From Gemmatimonas sp. (lineage in GTDB: Bacteria > Gemmatimonadota > Gemmatimonadetes > Gemmatimonadales > Gemmatimonadaceae): a stretch of 64,000 bases of DNA. Both the position numbers and the translations under genes were made by a program. A model generated the notes under the pieces. It made no database searches. It saw only the letters and a program-made list of their open reading frames with translations, and was not told where the DNA came from. Shown here one piece after another: positions 1 through 10,284 of this stretch. How positions within the stretch are numbered: position 1 is the stretch's first letter; each line of letters opens with the position of its first letter. Where the stretch lies: contig OZ257156.1 of the NCBI GenBank assembly GCA_965279375.1, positions 800,001-864,000 of the forward strand, written 5' to 3'.

Positions 1-2
1 TT

Positions 3-110
3 ACGCTGGACGACGAACGCAAAGCGGCGATGGTGAGCAACCTGCTGGTGGTGCTGTGCTCGGATCGGGCGGCACAGCCGGTCGTGAACACGGGCACGCT
101 GTACAGCTGA
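3..110 (+). CDS. SPFH/band-7 domain protein, C-terminal fragment (5' truncated by window)
   Basis: Reads [35 protein letters not shown], the C-terminal motif typical of the SPFH subfamily that precedes a small ribbon-helix-helix gene. Confidence 0.8.
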   Translation, partial: TLDDERKAAMVSNLLVVLCSDRAAQPVVNTGTLYS

Positions 111-140
111 TGCGGGCCACTGACAGGCGGGCAAATCGTC

Positions 141-335
141 ATGGCTGAACGGAAGTCCTTCCTGTTGCGCGTGGACCGCGAGCTGCTCGACGCGGTCCAG
201 CGCTGGGCCAATGACGATCTGCGCAGCCTGAATGGCCAGATCGAGTTTCTCCTGCGGCGCGCGCTCAAGGACGAAGGGCGCGCGCCGCGCGTCGTCGCGT
301 CAGACGACTCCTCCGATTCCCGAGACCAAGCATGA
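141..335 (+). CDS. Small Arc/ribbon-helix-helix DNA-binding protein
   Basis: RKSFLLRVD...AVQRWANDDLRSLNGQIEFLLRRAL is an RHH pattern; usual partner of the SPFH gene; ATGA overlap with next gene. Confidence 0.8.
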   Translation: MAERKSFLLRVDRELLDAVQRWANDDLRSLNGQIEFLLRRALKDEGRAPRVVASDDSSDSRDQA

Positions 336-1888
336 AGTCATATCTCGTGTGCGCACTGCTGCTCTCCGCGCTGCTGCTACCACACACCGCGCACGCGCAG
401 CGCGCGACCTATCTCTATCTACGCGGCACAGACACGCTGGGCACCGAGACGCTGCAGATCTCGGACACCGGTGCCGTCGGCGTGCTGGCCATGAAGGGAC
501 AGCCGCGCGTCGAATGGCTGCAGCGACGCAACAACAGCACCCTCGGCGGCATCATGCTGCGCGCGTATGGCGTGGGCTCCACGACGCCGATGCAGGTCGC
601 GTCCATCGTGATGCAAGGCGACAGTGCGATCGCGGAGATCGAAGGCGGCGGACGCACGATGACTCAGCGCATCGCGTCGAAAGCGGGCGCGCTGCCATTG
701 GTGAATCAATCGGTGCTGCACATGGTGTTGCTGTCGGGGTTGATGAACAGTCGGCACGTCTCGTCGTTCGACGTCCTGCTTGCGTCGGGCGCGCAGACGA
801 TGCCGATGACGACGTCAACCGTTGGCGACACGCTGTTGATCTCCCTCGCCGGATTGCAGGCGCGCGCGTGGTCGCTCAAGGAGCAGATGCCGTCGCTGAT
901 CACCACATCGCAGGGGATTCGCGTCGTGCGTGCAGATGGTGTGGCGCCCGGTGCTGCGGCCGCGATGGCGCGCTACAACTACGACGCACCGGCCAACGCG
1001 CCGTACACTGCAGAGCATGTGCGCATCCCAACCGGTCGCGGATACGAGTTGGCGGCAACGCTCACGAAGCCCAAGGGCGTTGCCAAGGTGCCGGTGGTGG
1101 TGACGATCAGCGGCAGCGGGCCACAGGAGCGTGATTCACGCATTTCGCTGGTGCCTGAGTACGCGATCTTCCGGCAGATCGCCGACACGCTGGGACGACG
1201 TGGCATCGCCGTGCTGCGCTTCGACGATCGCGCGGTTGGAGAATCGGGCGGCATGGACGGCGCCACCAAAGCCACGACCGCCGACGCGGCGAATGATGTC
1301 CGCTCGATCGTCGCGTGGCTGCGGACGCGGCCCGACGTCGATGGCACTCGTATCGCCCTGGCCGGTCACAGCGAAGGGGGCATCATCGCGCCGATGGTCG
1401 CTTCGACGGACCCGGCACTCAAGGCGATCGCGCTGCTGGCAGGCACGGCCTACGACGGGCGTCGCGTGCTCAACTTCCAGATCGGCGCACAGGTCCCGAT
1501 ACCCGCGGGCGCCACACCAGCCAAGCGCGACTCGGTGTCGCGTCAGGTGACGAGCGTGATCGATTCGATCGCGGCGTCGAACGCGTGGATGGGCTTCTTC
1601 GTCTCCTACAATCCGCTCAAGACGATCCGTCTGGTGAAACAGCCAGTGCTGATCCTGCAGGGCGAAACGGATCGCCAGGTGACACCCGAGCAGGCGGACA
1701 CGCTCGCGGTTGCGTTGCGCGCCGCCGGCAACCGTCGCGTGCTGGTGCAGAAGTTTCCGGCGACGAATCACCTGATGCTCGTGGATCCGTCTGGCGCGCC
1801 GGCGGGCTATACCTCGCTCAAAAATCCGCGAGTACGACCCGCGGTACTTGGCGCACTGGCCGACTGGGCGGTCAGCACGCTCAAGTAG
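332..1888 (+). CDS. Secreted alpha/beta-fold hydrolase (serine aminopeptidase/esterase-like)
   Basis: Signal peptide ending AHA-Q; ISGSGPQERD, GHSEGG nucleophile elbow, QGETDRQV, NHL catalytic His. Confidence 0.88.
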   Translation: MKSYLVCALLLSALLLPHTAHAQRATYLYLRGTDTLGTETLQISDTGAVGVLAMKGQPRVEWLQRRNNSTLGGIMLRAYGVGSTTPMQVASIVMQGDSAIAEIEGGGRTMTQRIASKAGALPLVNQSVLHMVLLSGLMNSRHVSSFDVLLASGAQTMPMTTSTVGDTLLISLAGLQARAWSLKEQMPSLITTSQGIRVVRADGVAPGAAAAMARYNYDAPANAPYTAEHVRIPTGRGYELAATLTKPKGVAKVPVVVTISGSGPQERDSRISLVPEYAIFRQIADTLGRRGIAVLRFDDRAVGESGGMDGATKATTADAANDVRSIVAWLRTRPDVDGTRIALAGHSEGGIIAPMVASTDPALKAIALLAGTAYDGRRVLNFQIGAQVPIPAGATPAKRDSVSRQVTSVIDSIAASNAWMGFFVSYNPLKTIRLVKQPVLILQGETDRQVTPEQADTLAVALRAAGNRRVLVQKFPATNHLMLVDPSGAPAGYTSLKNPRVRPAVLGALADWAVSTLK

Positions 1889-1922
1889 TGCGCGGCGAAT
1901 CGTCGTGCCGCCAAGGCACAGC

Positions 1923-4900
1923 CTAGAACTTGCGAACGATGCGCATGCCCACGTGATGCGAGCCGAGCACCAGATCGCGCAGTGTGGCACCGGGTAGCGA
2001 TAGCACGGACACGGGGTCGGCGATGGAAGAAGCGACCGCGAGCAGCAGGTAGTGACTCGCGCCGGCCCCTCGAAAGTCGATGGGGAATGCCACTGAACGC
2101 GAGGTGCGCGCGTCGAGTGGCAACGATGGACGACGTCTCGGCACCGCAAGGGTCACCGGCTGCATGGACAACGCGCTGTTCCAGGCGGCCGGCGCTGCAG
2201 CCGTGAGCAGATTGGTCATCGCCAGCTTGAGCGCGTCGCTAATGCCCACCGCCGCCCACTCCTCGGCCGATGCGGGCACCGGCGTGATGAACAAGGCGAC
2301 ATTGATGTCCGTCGCCGCGATCTCCGAGAGCTCGTACGTGTGGAGCAGGACGTGCGCGGTGAACACCGCATTGCTGACCGGCGTGACGGCCGCATAGCTG
2401 CCGAGCGGCGCCACGAGGTGCACATCGCGATCGCCCAACGTTGGCGGCGTTTTCGTGTCGAGTGCGACGGTCGTGCTGTTCGGATCGAAGACCTCCAGAA
2501 AGTCCGCCTCGGTGGGATTGCCGCCCCTCCACGGCGACGGTGCGAACGCATCGACGATCCGAATGTCCGGCGAGATGTACCACGGCCACTCCGCGTTCTC
2601 CGCCACCGTGGGACTGACGAGATTCGCCACGGTCAGGCGTCTGGCGTCGTTGGGACTCGAGCGCACAAAGACGCGGTTCAACGGCTTGGGAGACGCGCTC
2701 AAGTCGAGCTCCCACACGCCGCGTGACTGAATCGTCGCACGCAGCATCTTCACGTTGTCGCGCGGCCCGAACAGCGAGAGGTCCTGCACAGGCGCTTCGG
2801 GTAATCCGTTATCCAACGGTTCCCACAACCACAGGGGATCGGCGCCCGTGGTGTCGCGCTCACCGCGCCAGACGCCGAGTGCCGTGCCCACGTAGACGAT
2901 GTCGCGATTGTCGGGGTCGACGAGCACGGCAAACGCCGGTGCGGTCACACCGGTGCTGTCCGTCGCGTCGTCGTTGCGCAGTCCGGTCGACCACCACTTT
3001 CCGTCGCCGTCGTACCACCAGAGCGTGTCCATGCGATCGGACTCGGTGACGTCGTTGTCATCGAGCGTGGCATGCCCGGTGCAGGCGACGTAGCAGCTCG
3101 TGGAGCCGGGCGTGGGATCGTCGAGTATGAGATCGCTCCACGTACCAAGCGGCGGCAGATAGTCTGACGACGGCAGTTCGATGTCGCTGTTCTCGTAGTC
3201 GCCGCACACGCTTTCGGTCTTGGTCAGACTTTCCTTGGACCAGCGGACGCCGGCCCCGTTCGCAGGCGGAGTGAAGACGATGATCCCGCGCTCGTACAGC
3301 ACGAACAGTCGACCATCCGGGTGCCACCGCGGCGCGATGACTTTCCCGAGTTCGACATCGAAGACGTCCGTGCCGTTGTCGCGTGGATTGCGAGCGCGCG
3401 GATCGATCCCTGACGGAAGGGTCTTCCACGTATTGGCAACTTTCCCACTTGGCGTCCAGTCCTCGGAGATCCAGACGCGGTTCGTGCCGATGGCGATGCG
3501 CGCGTTCACACTCCCGGGGGCAACCGGCATCACGTCCACGCCGGAGTAGAACGACGCAATGTCATCCTCCTTCTCCTGACTGTCCTTCCCGACACCGTTT
3601 CGCATCACCGGCGGAGCGAGTGTCCCCGTACCGTCGGCTAACTCTGCGCCAGACCTCCAGGCAGCGCTGGTGTATTGCCCGATGAAGTAGCGCGAGGAGG
3701 TGGGGTGGAACGCGACGCCGCCACCATCACCGCCGATACCCTGCGTGTGCATCCAGACGGAGTGCCCCACGCGTTGCACGACGCCGTTGTCCTGCGTACC
3801 GAGAATCACGAAGTGGTCGTTCGTCGGATGCGACGCGACAAATCCGCCTTCGAGCACGGCGAGGCCGACGTTGCACGATGTGTACGAGCCCAATCGATCG
3901 GCCGTCGTGGATCGGAAGACGCCGCCATCGCACGCGATCCATCCGTGCAGTTCGGTGCCGACCTTCACGAGACAGATGCGATGCACATCGGCATGGACGC
4001 CGGCTCCCAGATAGGTGCTGTCGTCGCCCGGTTTGTCCTGATTGACAGCGCCGAAACCAAAACTGGGCTTGAGCGCGGCGTTGAGGCTCAGCACCGAGCG
4101 AAAAAGCGAGGCACTCCACTCGCCCCCGGACATCGTGGCGGAGCCGCCGATGAAGACGCGGAGCGCGTTGTCCGGGTCCACCGCCACGGCGATGTTGTGA
4201 AAGGCGGAATTCGATCCGTTGCTTTTCTTGCCGAACAGCAGCTCGGGCACGTCGAGCACCTGCTCTGCCGACGGCTTGTCGTTGTTCGGGAAGCTGATGC
4301 GATGCAGCGTTGGTCCTGCACCCAACACGAAGGCGCGCGACGCCGACTCATTCGCCGTCAGCGCGATGCGTCCGGCCTTGAGCCCGGGCAGCGCGATCCG
4401 TTCGAACGGGCCAGCGATGCCGCTGTCCGAGCAGAACACGCCCTGCGTGGTACCGTACAGGGCCACCACGAGCCCATTGGTGACGCCCTTCATCCAGACC
4501 ACGTCGCAGGCCAAAGTGTGATCGTCGGCGTCGAAGTCGAGCGGACCGCTGTCGATGCGATCCCACTCCGCTTCGGCAACGAAGGGGCGACTGCGGGTGA
4601 AGACGCCGGCCGTCGTGGCCGCGATCATCGTGTCAGGGTCGTTGGGATCGCGCGCCAAACGAAAAATGCCGAACCCTGAAAGCTCCGGTGCTTCGCGCGC
4701 CCAGTGATTGGCGAACGGATTCGCGATGGCCTGTGTGATCGTGCTGCTCAGCCGCAGGATGCCCACACCACCGTTCTCCGCACCTGGCATTCCCGGCTGG
4801 ACCGGCAGGCGTTCGCCCGTGCCGACGTATACCACGTCGCGATCCGGATCATCGGCGAATCGACTGGGATCGTCGAGCGGCACCGTGACATCTTCGATGA

Positions 4901-5360
4901 CGCCAAAGTTGACGAGCAAGCAACCGCAGGTTAGGGCTGATTGTGCGACACGCGTGGACAGCGCGTCTTGCGGGGTGGGCAACCAATTGCCCACCGGCGA
5001 CCACGTCGCGCCGGAGTCTGCCGTGTACCACACGCCGCCGTTGCCGCTCGCTGCGTAGGCGCGGCGTCCGGTGGGGCTCACCGCCAGATCGCGAATGCGT
5101 CCGGCCACGCGCGGGTTGTTGGACGCCTGTCCCTTGAGCACCACCGACGGACCGATGGGCGCCCAGAGATCGGTACGACCCTGCGGCGCACGCGACGCGG
5201 CGGCGCGCGCGGTGCGGCGCTCCTGCGCACTGCGTCGTGCGGCCCGGGCGTTCGCGACATCCTGCTCGGTCACGATGCCGTTGGTCGCGGCGTTCCACTC
5301 TGCGCGCCGTGCCGGCCGATCAGGATTCTTGCGCTTGCGCGGCCACTCGTAGCGACTCAT
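1923..5360 (-). CDS. BNR/Asp-box repeat beta-propeller protein, 1145 aa (gene F of DUF6603 operon)
   Basis: Start reassigned to ATG 5360 (ATGA overlap with upstream stop); GGVWYTADSGATWS Asp-box, DGGVFRST, GTQDNG, GGDGG, VYVGTALGVW; C-terminal PWYISPDIRI motif; no signal peptide. Confidence 0.8.
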   Translation of the reverse strand: MSRYEWPRKRKNPDRPARRAEWNAATNGIVTEQDVANARAARRSAQERRTARAAASRAPQGRTDLWAPIGPSVVLKGQASNNPRVAGRIRDLAVSPTGRRAYAASGNGGVWYTADSGATWSPVGNWLPTPQDALSTRVAQSALTCGCLLVNFGVIEDVTVPLDDPSRFADDPDRDVVYVGTGERLPVQPGMPGAENGGVGILRLSSTITQAIANPFANHWAREAPELSGFGIFRLARDPNDPDTMIAATTAGVFTRSRPFVAEAEWDRIDSGPLDFDADDHTLACDVVWMKGVTNGLVVALYGTTQGVFCSDSGIAGPFERIALPGLKAGRIALTANESASRAFVLGAGPTLHRISFPNNDKPSAEQVLDVPELLFGKKSNGSNSAFHNIAVAVDPDNALRVFIGGSATMSGGEWSASLFRSVLSLNAALKPSFGFGAVNQDKPGDDSTYLGAGVHADVHRICLVKVGTELHGWIACDGGVFRSTTADRLGSYTSCNVGLAVLEGGFVASHPTNDHFVILGTQDNGVVQRVGHSVWMHTQGIGGDGGGVAFHPTSSRYFIGQYTSAAWRSGAELADGTGTLAPPVMRNGVGKDSQEKEDDIASFYSGVDVMPVAPGSVNARIAIGTNRVWISEDWTPSGKVANTWKTLPSGIDPRARNPRDNGTDVFDVELGKVIAPRWHPDGRLFVLYERGIIVFTPPANGAGVRWSKESLTKTESVCGDYENSDIELPSSDYLPPLGTWSDLILDDPTPGSTSCYVACTGHATLDDNDVTESDRMDTLWWYDGDGKWWSTGLRNDDATDSTGVTAPAFAVLVDPDNRDIVYVGTALGVWRGERDTTGADPLWLWEPLDNGLPEAPVQDLSLFGPRDNVKMLRATIQSRGVWELDLSASPKPLNRVFVRSSPNDARRLTVANLVSPTVAENAEWPWYISPDIRIVDAFAPSPWRGGNPTEADFLEVFDPNSTTVALDTKTPPTLGDRDVHLVAPLGSYAAVTPVSNAVFTAHVLLHTYELSEIAATDINVALFITPVPASAEEWAAVGISDALKLAMTNLLTAAAPAAWNSALSMQPVTLAVPRRRPSLPLDARTSRSVAFPIDFRGAGASHYLLLAVASSIADPVSVLSLPGATLRDLVLGSHHVGMRIVRKF

Positions 5361-8300
5361 GGCGTCTCTCCCGACGCATCTGCGGCCAACGGCATCACCC
5401 GGATGTATCCCTCCTGCACGGTCGACGGCAGCACGGGGAGCAGCGCCGTCTGTGTGGCCGCGAGAATCGGATCGTTCTTCCATGTGAACGGCGTATCGCG
5501 CCGTGTCCACTGCTGATCCACGGGGAACGCCGAGACTTTCGGAAGCCGCACCTTGTCGGGGTCGATGAGCACCGGACCCACGCGCACAGAAGGCGCCATC
5601 ACGCTCAACCCCGGCTGAATCCAGTCGCGCACCAACTCCACGGACTTCCGCGGGAGAATGCCCGACGTGAGATGCACGCGTCCTCTCGGCAGCATCAGCA
5701 ACGTGAGCTGCAACTGCTGCCCCACGTGCACCTGGATCTCGTCCTCGGCGACAACATACGGATGCGTGATGGGGCTGGGGCTCGGCGCACTATTGGGTCG
5801 CGTCCCCGCGCTGCCGAGTTGATCGAGCTGCCCCACGTTGCTCCCGGACTCCACGGCGAGCGCGCGCACGACCTTGTCCACGACGTGCACGCGTGTGTAG
5901 TCGTCGTTGACGAAGAAGGCGAGCAGCCCGTCGTCGGTGCGAGTAAGCTCACCAAGACGCACGGGGAACGCGCGATCGGCGAGCGCAGCATATGCGGCTT
6001 CGCGTTCCGCGCGTCGCACCGGATCAGCAAGATCGAGTTCGTCGAGATCATCATCGATTTCCAGCCGCAGCGTCGCTCGCACCACCGCGATCGGTCGCCC
6101 GACCAAACCGACGATGTGTTCGCTGCCCATCTGCGCGAACGCGTCGACGGTCCACAGTGTGGTGTCGATGGCGCGGAGTAGCGCGGTGAGCGCAGAGTCC
6201 TCGCGGCGATCGGCGGGCAGTCCGGCGCGCGTTTGCGCATCGGTGGCGACGAGTGCGCTGGCAAAGAGTCCGAGATGACGACTGTTTGGCGCGAGCTCGT
6301 ACAGCGGAGGTGCGTCGGGCGGTCCCGCTCGCCCGGGCGCGATCTCCCACTGTACGCCGCCGCCGATCGGATCGTGCAGCAGCTCACCCAACGGCGTGCC
6401 CGCTGCATCGAAGAGCTCGAGCGATTCGTCGATGTGGTCGGGCAACAGAAATCCAGCCACGGGATTGATCATGCGCGCCGGTTCGATCTGATCGACCGTC
6501 GCTTCGGCGGGCGTGGGCGGGATGAGCAGGCTATCGGGAATGGCAGGATCGACCAGCCGGAGCATCCAACGCGCGGGCCTCAGCAGTCGTGGTGCCAACG
6601 CCAGCGCTTCGGCGCTATCGGGAACGTCGGCGCGAGCGGGGACGCGCACCGGCTGCTTGAGGACATCGAGCGTGCGCCCGAATGCATCGACGATGCGCGC
6701 ACGCGTCAGACGCATCGATCCGCCGAGCAACAACTGCGGAATCGCAATCGGCGCCGGTGGCACGATCGTGCCATCGGGGAGCCGCGTGCTGATGATCCCC
6801 ATGCCGTCGGTCGGGAGTCCGAGCAGCGTGTTCTGCACGCCGTCGAGCGACGCCGTCACGATGTCGAGCGTGTCGATCGCCTCGGCGATGTCGGCGAGCT
6901 GCGCTGCCGTTGCGTCGTCGACTTCGCCCGTGTTGGTCGCATCACGCTGCGTCTCCACCTCCAGCCAGTCGCGAATGGCGGCGGCAAGCGTCGTCGCCGT
7001 GCCGGTGGTAAGTGGTGAGCGGCCGAGCATTGGAGGAAGCGGCGTAGTGGCCAGTGCGTTGGTAGCGACGAAGTCCACCTGATCGAGTTGCCATCCGTCG
7101 AGCCGATCGCTGCTCTCGATCACGGCTTCCCATTCGAGCCAGAGCGGCACCCATGGCTGCGACCATGCCGTCACACCAACGGGATCGGCGTCGACACCCT
7201 TCACCTGCGAATAGCGTCGCAGCTGATCGGTGGTTTGTGTCGCCACGATTCCCGGCGGCGGCGGGACGATGCGCCCCGTGGTTCGCGCCACACTCGCCGA
7301 GCTGAACGCCGTGGTGCGCCCGTCGTAGATGCCATCGGCCCCGAAGCGCAGCGTCGCTTCGGCGGCCATACGCGTTTGAATCACCTTGGACTTCACGCCG
7401 GTGCGAGCGGCCTCTGCCTGCGAGAGCCATGGCACGAAGTACGGATCGGAGATGAGCGCGTTCTGCGCGAGCGTCGTGACCTCGGGTGGAATCGCGCCGC
7501 TCGGCAGCGCGGGGACGTAGGTCCGTCCATCGATCACGCCCTCCACGACGACGGGGACCTGCGACGGCCACCGACATTGCAGCAACCCATCGGGAGAAAA
7601 GCGTCCGTCGTGGCGGTGACGCAGACTGCGTTTGGCATTGCGCACGCCCACGACCGGATCGACGGGCCAGTGATAGCGCGGAGCCGCGCGCTGAACCTCG
7701 CGCACTTCGGCGGTCGGCGTGACAAGCGGCGTCGGCCCCTCCCAGCTGCTCGTTTGCTGACGCAATCCATCGGTCGTACCTGACACGAGATCCTTCTTGC
7801 TGCTGCCCAAGGGCGTGAAGCGCACGCCGGGTGTGGACGCCGTCCCCTTGGTCGGCGGAATCTTGACTGCCTGCTGACTGCGCACGGCGCGACCGGCCGC
7901 CAGAGGGCCGGAGGTGCCACCGGTCCGCAGCCGTTCGATGGGGCCGTCTCCGCCGGGCATCGAGGAGAAGCCGGCTTCGTGTTCCTGCTGCTCCACATCC
8001 ACCAACCCGTCCGGCGTGCCTATGCGATTGAGCACCTGCCCGGTGAACGCAGACAAGACGCGCTCGAGATCGCGGCGCGCGGCATCGTTGGCGCCGAGTC
8101 CTTCGGAGGCCAGCACGGCGGCCACGTCGTCGCCGTGTACGCCGAGCACTGTGTCCACCGCGCCAGCGTTGGGGATCTGATCGACGATGACCGCGCCGGC
8201 GACGGGCACGCCATGCACGACGCCCGAGAGCATCGTGGAGCGCGGCCACCGCGGTTCGGCCGCGACGACTGCACCGGCCTTGTCGACGTAGCGCGATGAT

Positions 8301-9301
8301 GTGGCCGCGAACGGACGCACCGGCGTAGCGATGGTCGTGAGTTGCTGCGCCGTCTCTGCCGTGGTGCGTCGATTGGCGCCGATGGCCGTGGTGGCCGTTG
8401 AGACACTGGAGACGGGATAGCGCGTGGCAGACTCGAGTCCGATGCTGGAGCGCAGCGCGGCGGTGCTCGCCGCGGCCGCCCCCTCCTGATCACCGCCTTC
8501 CTTGTCGCTCACCAGCGCCCACTGCAGGGAGGCCAGCTGTTGCGTCAGGCTCGTCGTCGTTTCCACGCCATCGAGCGGATCGAGCGTGGGATCGGACCAC
8601 CAGCCCGCGATCGTGTACGACGCGAGATCGTCCACTACGCCGCCCGGTGCCAGCGTCGCGAGATCTTTGAGATCGTCGTGAAACGCGAGGCGATTGGTGA
8701 CGGCATCGTACACACCGGCCCAGTTCAGCGTGCCGCCCACAGCACCTGTGAGTTCGGCTTTCGCGACGGTCTTGCCCGCGGGCTTGGCGGTGGCCGATGC
8801 GATGGGCCACTGCTCGAGCGGAATGGCGCGCGCGGTGTCGGCTTCGAGCACCCATCCGGTGACGATGGGGCGCGTTGCGCCTTTGACGACGACGGTACGC
8901 AGCACCACCCAGCGATCGGGGAGCGCGGCGAGTCCGAGGCGATTGGTGGTGCCGTCGGGCACTTCGTCCATCGTGCCGGTGAGCAGCGAATCAGGCGGCG
9001 CCCAATGCAGATGCACACCCGCTGCACGCGCGGTGCCCTTGGCGAGCGGCGCGGGCATGGCGGCCGGCGCTTCACCGTCGGGCGTCGTCAGCGCGAACGG
9101 CAGCTGCACGAACAGTGTGGTGTCGCCCTTTGGTACGTAGAGTGCCTGTACATCGACAGGCACGATGACGCGACTCTCGCGCAGCACGCTGGCGTCCCAC
9201 GTTCCGAGCTGCGCGACTGTGGCGTCGGTGCGCACCAACCCCGTCCAGCGCGGAGAGACCAGCGCCTTGGTGACATCGTTCGGATCGGCAACGGGGCTCA
9301 T
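5357..9301 (-). CDS. Large conserved hypothetical protein, 1314 aa (gene E of DUF6603 operon)
   Basis: Long ORF with ATGA overlaps at both ends; motifs GVHLHWAPPD, LPDRWVVLR, WSQPWVPLWLEWE, RIVDAFGR, GFLLPDHIDESL, GRPIAVVRA, FPVRLG, GILPRK recalled from DUF6603-neighbouring hypotheticals. Confidence 0.85.
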   Translation of the reverse strand: MSPVADPNDVTKALVSPRWTGLVRTDATVAQLGTWDASVLRESRVIVPVDVQALYVPKGDTTLFVQLPFALTTPDGEAPAAMPAPLAKGTARAAGVHLHWAPPDSLLTGTMDEVPDGTTNRLGLAALPDRWVVLRTVVVKGATRPIVTGWVLEADTARAIPLEQWPIASATAKPAGKTVAKAELTGAVGGTLNWAGVYDAVTNRLAFHDDLKDLATLAPGGVVDDLASYTIAGWWSDPTLDPLDGVETTTSLTQQLASLQWALVSDKEGGDQEGAAAASTAALRSSIGLESATRYPVSSVSTATTAIGANRRTTAETAQQLTTIATPVRPFAATSSRYVDKAGAVVAAEPRWPRSTMLSGVVHGVPVAGAVIVDQIPNAGAVDTVLGVHGDDVAAVLASEGLGANDAARRDLERVLSAFTGQVLNRIGTPDGLVDVEQQEHEAGFSSMPGGDGPIERLRTGGTSGPLAAGRAVRSQQAVKIPPTKGTASTPGVRFTPLGSSKKDLVSGTTDGLRQQTSSWEGPTPLVTPTAEVREVQRAAPRYHWPVDPVVGVRNAKRSLRHRHDGRFSPDGLLQCRWPSQVPVVVEGVIDGRTYVPALPSGAIPPEVTTLAQNALISDPYFVPWLSQAEAARTGVKSKVIQTRMAAEATLRFGADGIYDGRTTAFSSASVARTTGRIVPPPPGIVATQTTDQLRRYSQVKGVDADPVGVTAWSQPWVPLWLEWEAVIESSDRLDGWQLDQVDFVATNALATTPLPPMLGRSPLTTGTATTLAAAIRDWLEVETQRDATNTGEVDDATAAQLADIAEAIDTLDIVTASLDGVQNTLLGLPTDGMGIISTRLPDGTIVPPAPIAIPQLLLGGSMRLTRARIVDAFGRTLDVLKQPVRVPARADVPDSAEALALAPRLLRPARWMLRLVDPAIPDSLLIPPTPAEATVDQIEPARMINPVAGFLLPDHIDESLELFDAAGTPLGELLHDPIGGGVQWEIAPGRAGPPDAPPLYELAPNSRHLGLFASALVATDAQTRAGLPADRREDSALTALLRAIDTTLWTVDAFAQMGSEHIVGLVGRPIAVVRATLRLEIDDDLDELDLADPVRRAEREAAYAALADRAFPVRLGELTRTDDGLLAFFVNDDYTRVHVVDKVVRALAVESGSNVGQLDQLGSAGTRPNSAPSPSPITHPYVVAEDEIQVHVGQQLQLTLLMLPRGRVHLTSGILPRKSVELVRDWIQPGLSVMAPSVRVGPVLIDPDKVRLPKVSAFPVDQQWTRRDTPFTWKNDPILAATQTALLPVLPSTVQEGYIRVMPLAADASGETP

Positions 9302-10284
9302 CGCAGCACCGCCGAAAGATCGGCCTTGAGTGTGGCCATGCTGATGGTGGGGCGAAACACCGTGCTGACCGGCGGCGGCGCGGTGTCCGGATCACCAAAC
9401 ACCTGCCGGTACGGAAAGCGCAGCATCTGCAGCGCATACTCGGCGCTGTCCATCGTGGCGCCCATGTTCGTGCCTGGTGTGGTGCGGAAGGTTTCGGCCG
9501 TGCGGCGGAAGTCGATCACGCCGGGTGCACCGCTGCGAAAGCTCACGGGCATCGTGGGGAGACCGGGCGCGTTGGCAGACGTGTTGCGATCGCGTGCGAA
9601 CACGCTGGCGGAAAAATTGTTTGGACTCGTTTCGGTGAGACGCACGCCGAACTGAATGCCCTGGCGCGGCTCTTCGACGTGCACGACGGCCGGCACACCA
9701 TCGAACAGCGCGAGCAACACCGCCGGCGCGAGACGCTCTAGGCGCAACAGCTTCAACCGATTCGGGTCGGACTCCGGCAATACCGCGTTATCGGCCGCGC
9801 TGTCGGTTTTGTACGCGCGCACATGCACGCCGGGCCAACCGGAGATCGCACGCGAGCGCATGACGAATCCGGTGATCGGGCCGGCGGGACCTTTCTGTGG
9901 CACTTCGCCGGGTGGTTGCCGCACCAGGCGTTCGTCTTCGTCGAGTTCGTTGCGCAGCTGCGGGTAAAGCTGCTCCAGTTGCGCGCGATCGGCGGAGCTG
10001 ACCGTGCCCACCGACAGCGCTCCTTGCACGAGTGCGTCCGTCCACGCGCGATCGACGTAGAAAAAGCGGATCGACTCTGTGGGAAGGAGCAGCGCGTCCG
10101 GCACCAGATACGCGAACGGCACCGTCTCCAGCAGTCGCAGACGCGCGAGCCACTGACTGACTTCCTCGGGGATGATGCGCACCCCGAAGTTGGGATGCGT
10201 CTCGGCGGGAATCGGCTGCATGCTGGTCGTCGCGCGTTCCACCGACGCCAGTATCACGCTCGACGACATCGCTCTCGTGCTCAT
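9298..10284 (-). CDS. Conserved hypothetical protein, 328 aa (gene D of DUF6603 operon)
   Basis: ATGA overlaps at both ends; VPFAYLVPDALLLPTESIRFFYVD, GFVMRSRAISGWPG, LRLERLAPAVLLALFDG, EPRQGIQFG. Confidence 0.85.
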   Translation of the reverse strand: MSTRAMSSSVILASVERATTSMQPIPAETHPNFGVRIIPEEVSQWLARLRLLETVPFAYLVPDALLLPTESIRFFYVDRAWTDALVQGALSVGTVSSADRAQLEQLYPQLRNELDEDERLVRQPPGEVPQKGPAGPITGFVMRSRAISGWPGVHVRAYKTDSAADNAVLPESDPNRLKLLRLERLAPAVLLALFDGVPAVVHVEEPRQGIQFGVRLTETSPNNFSASVFARDRNTSANAPGLPTMPVSFRSGAPGVIDFRRTAETFRTTPGTNMGATMDSAEYALQMLRFPYRQVFGDPDTAPPPVSTVFRPTISMATLKADLSAVLR

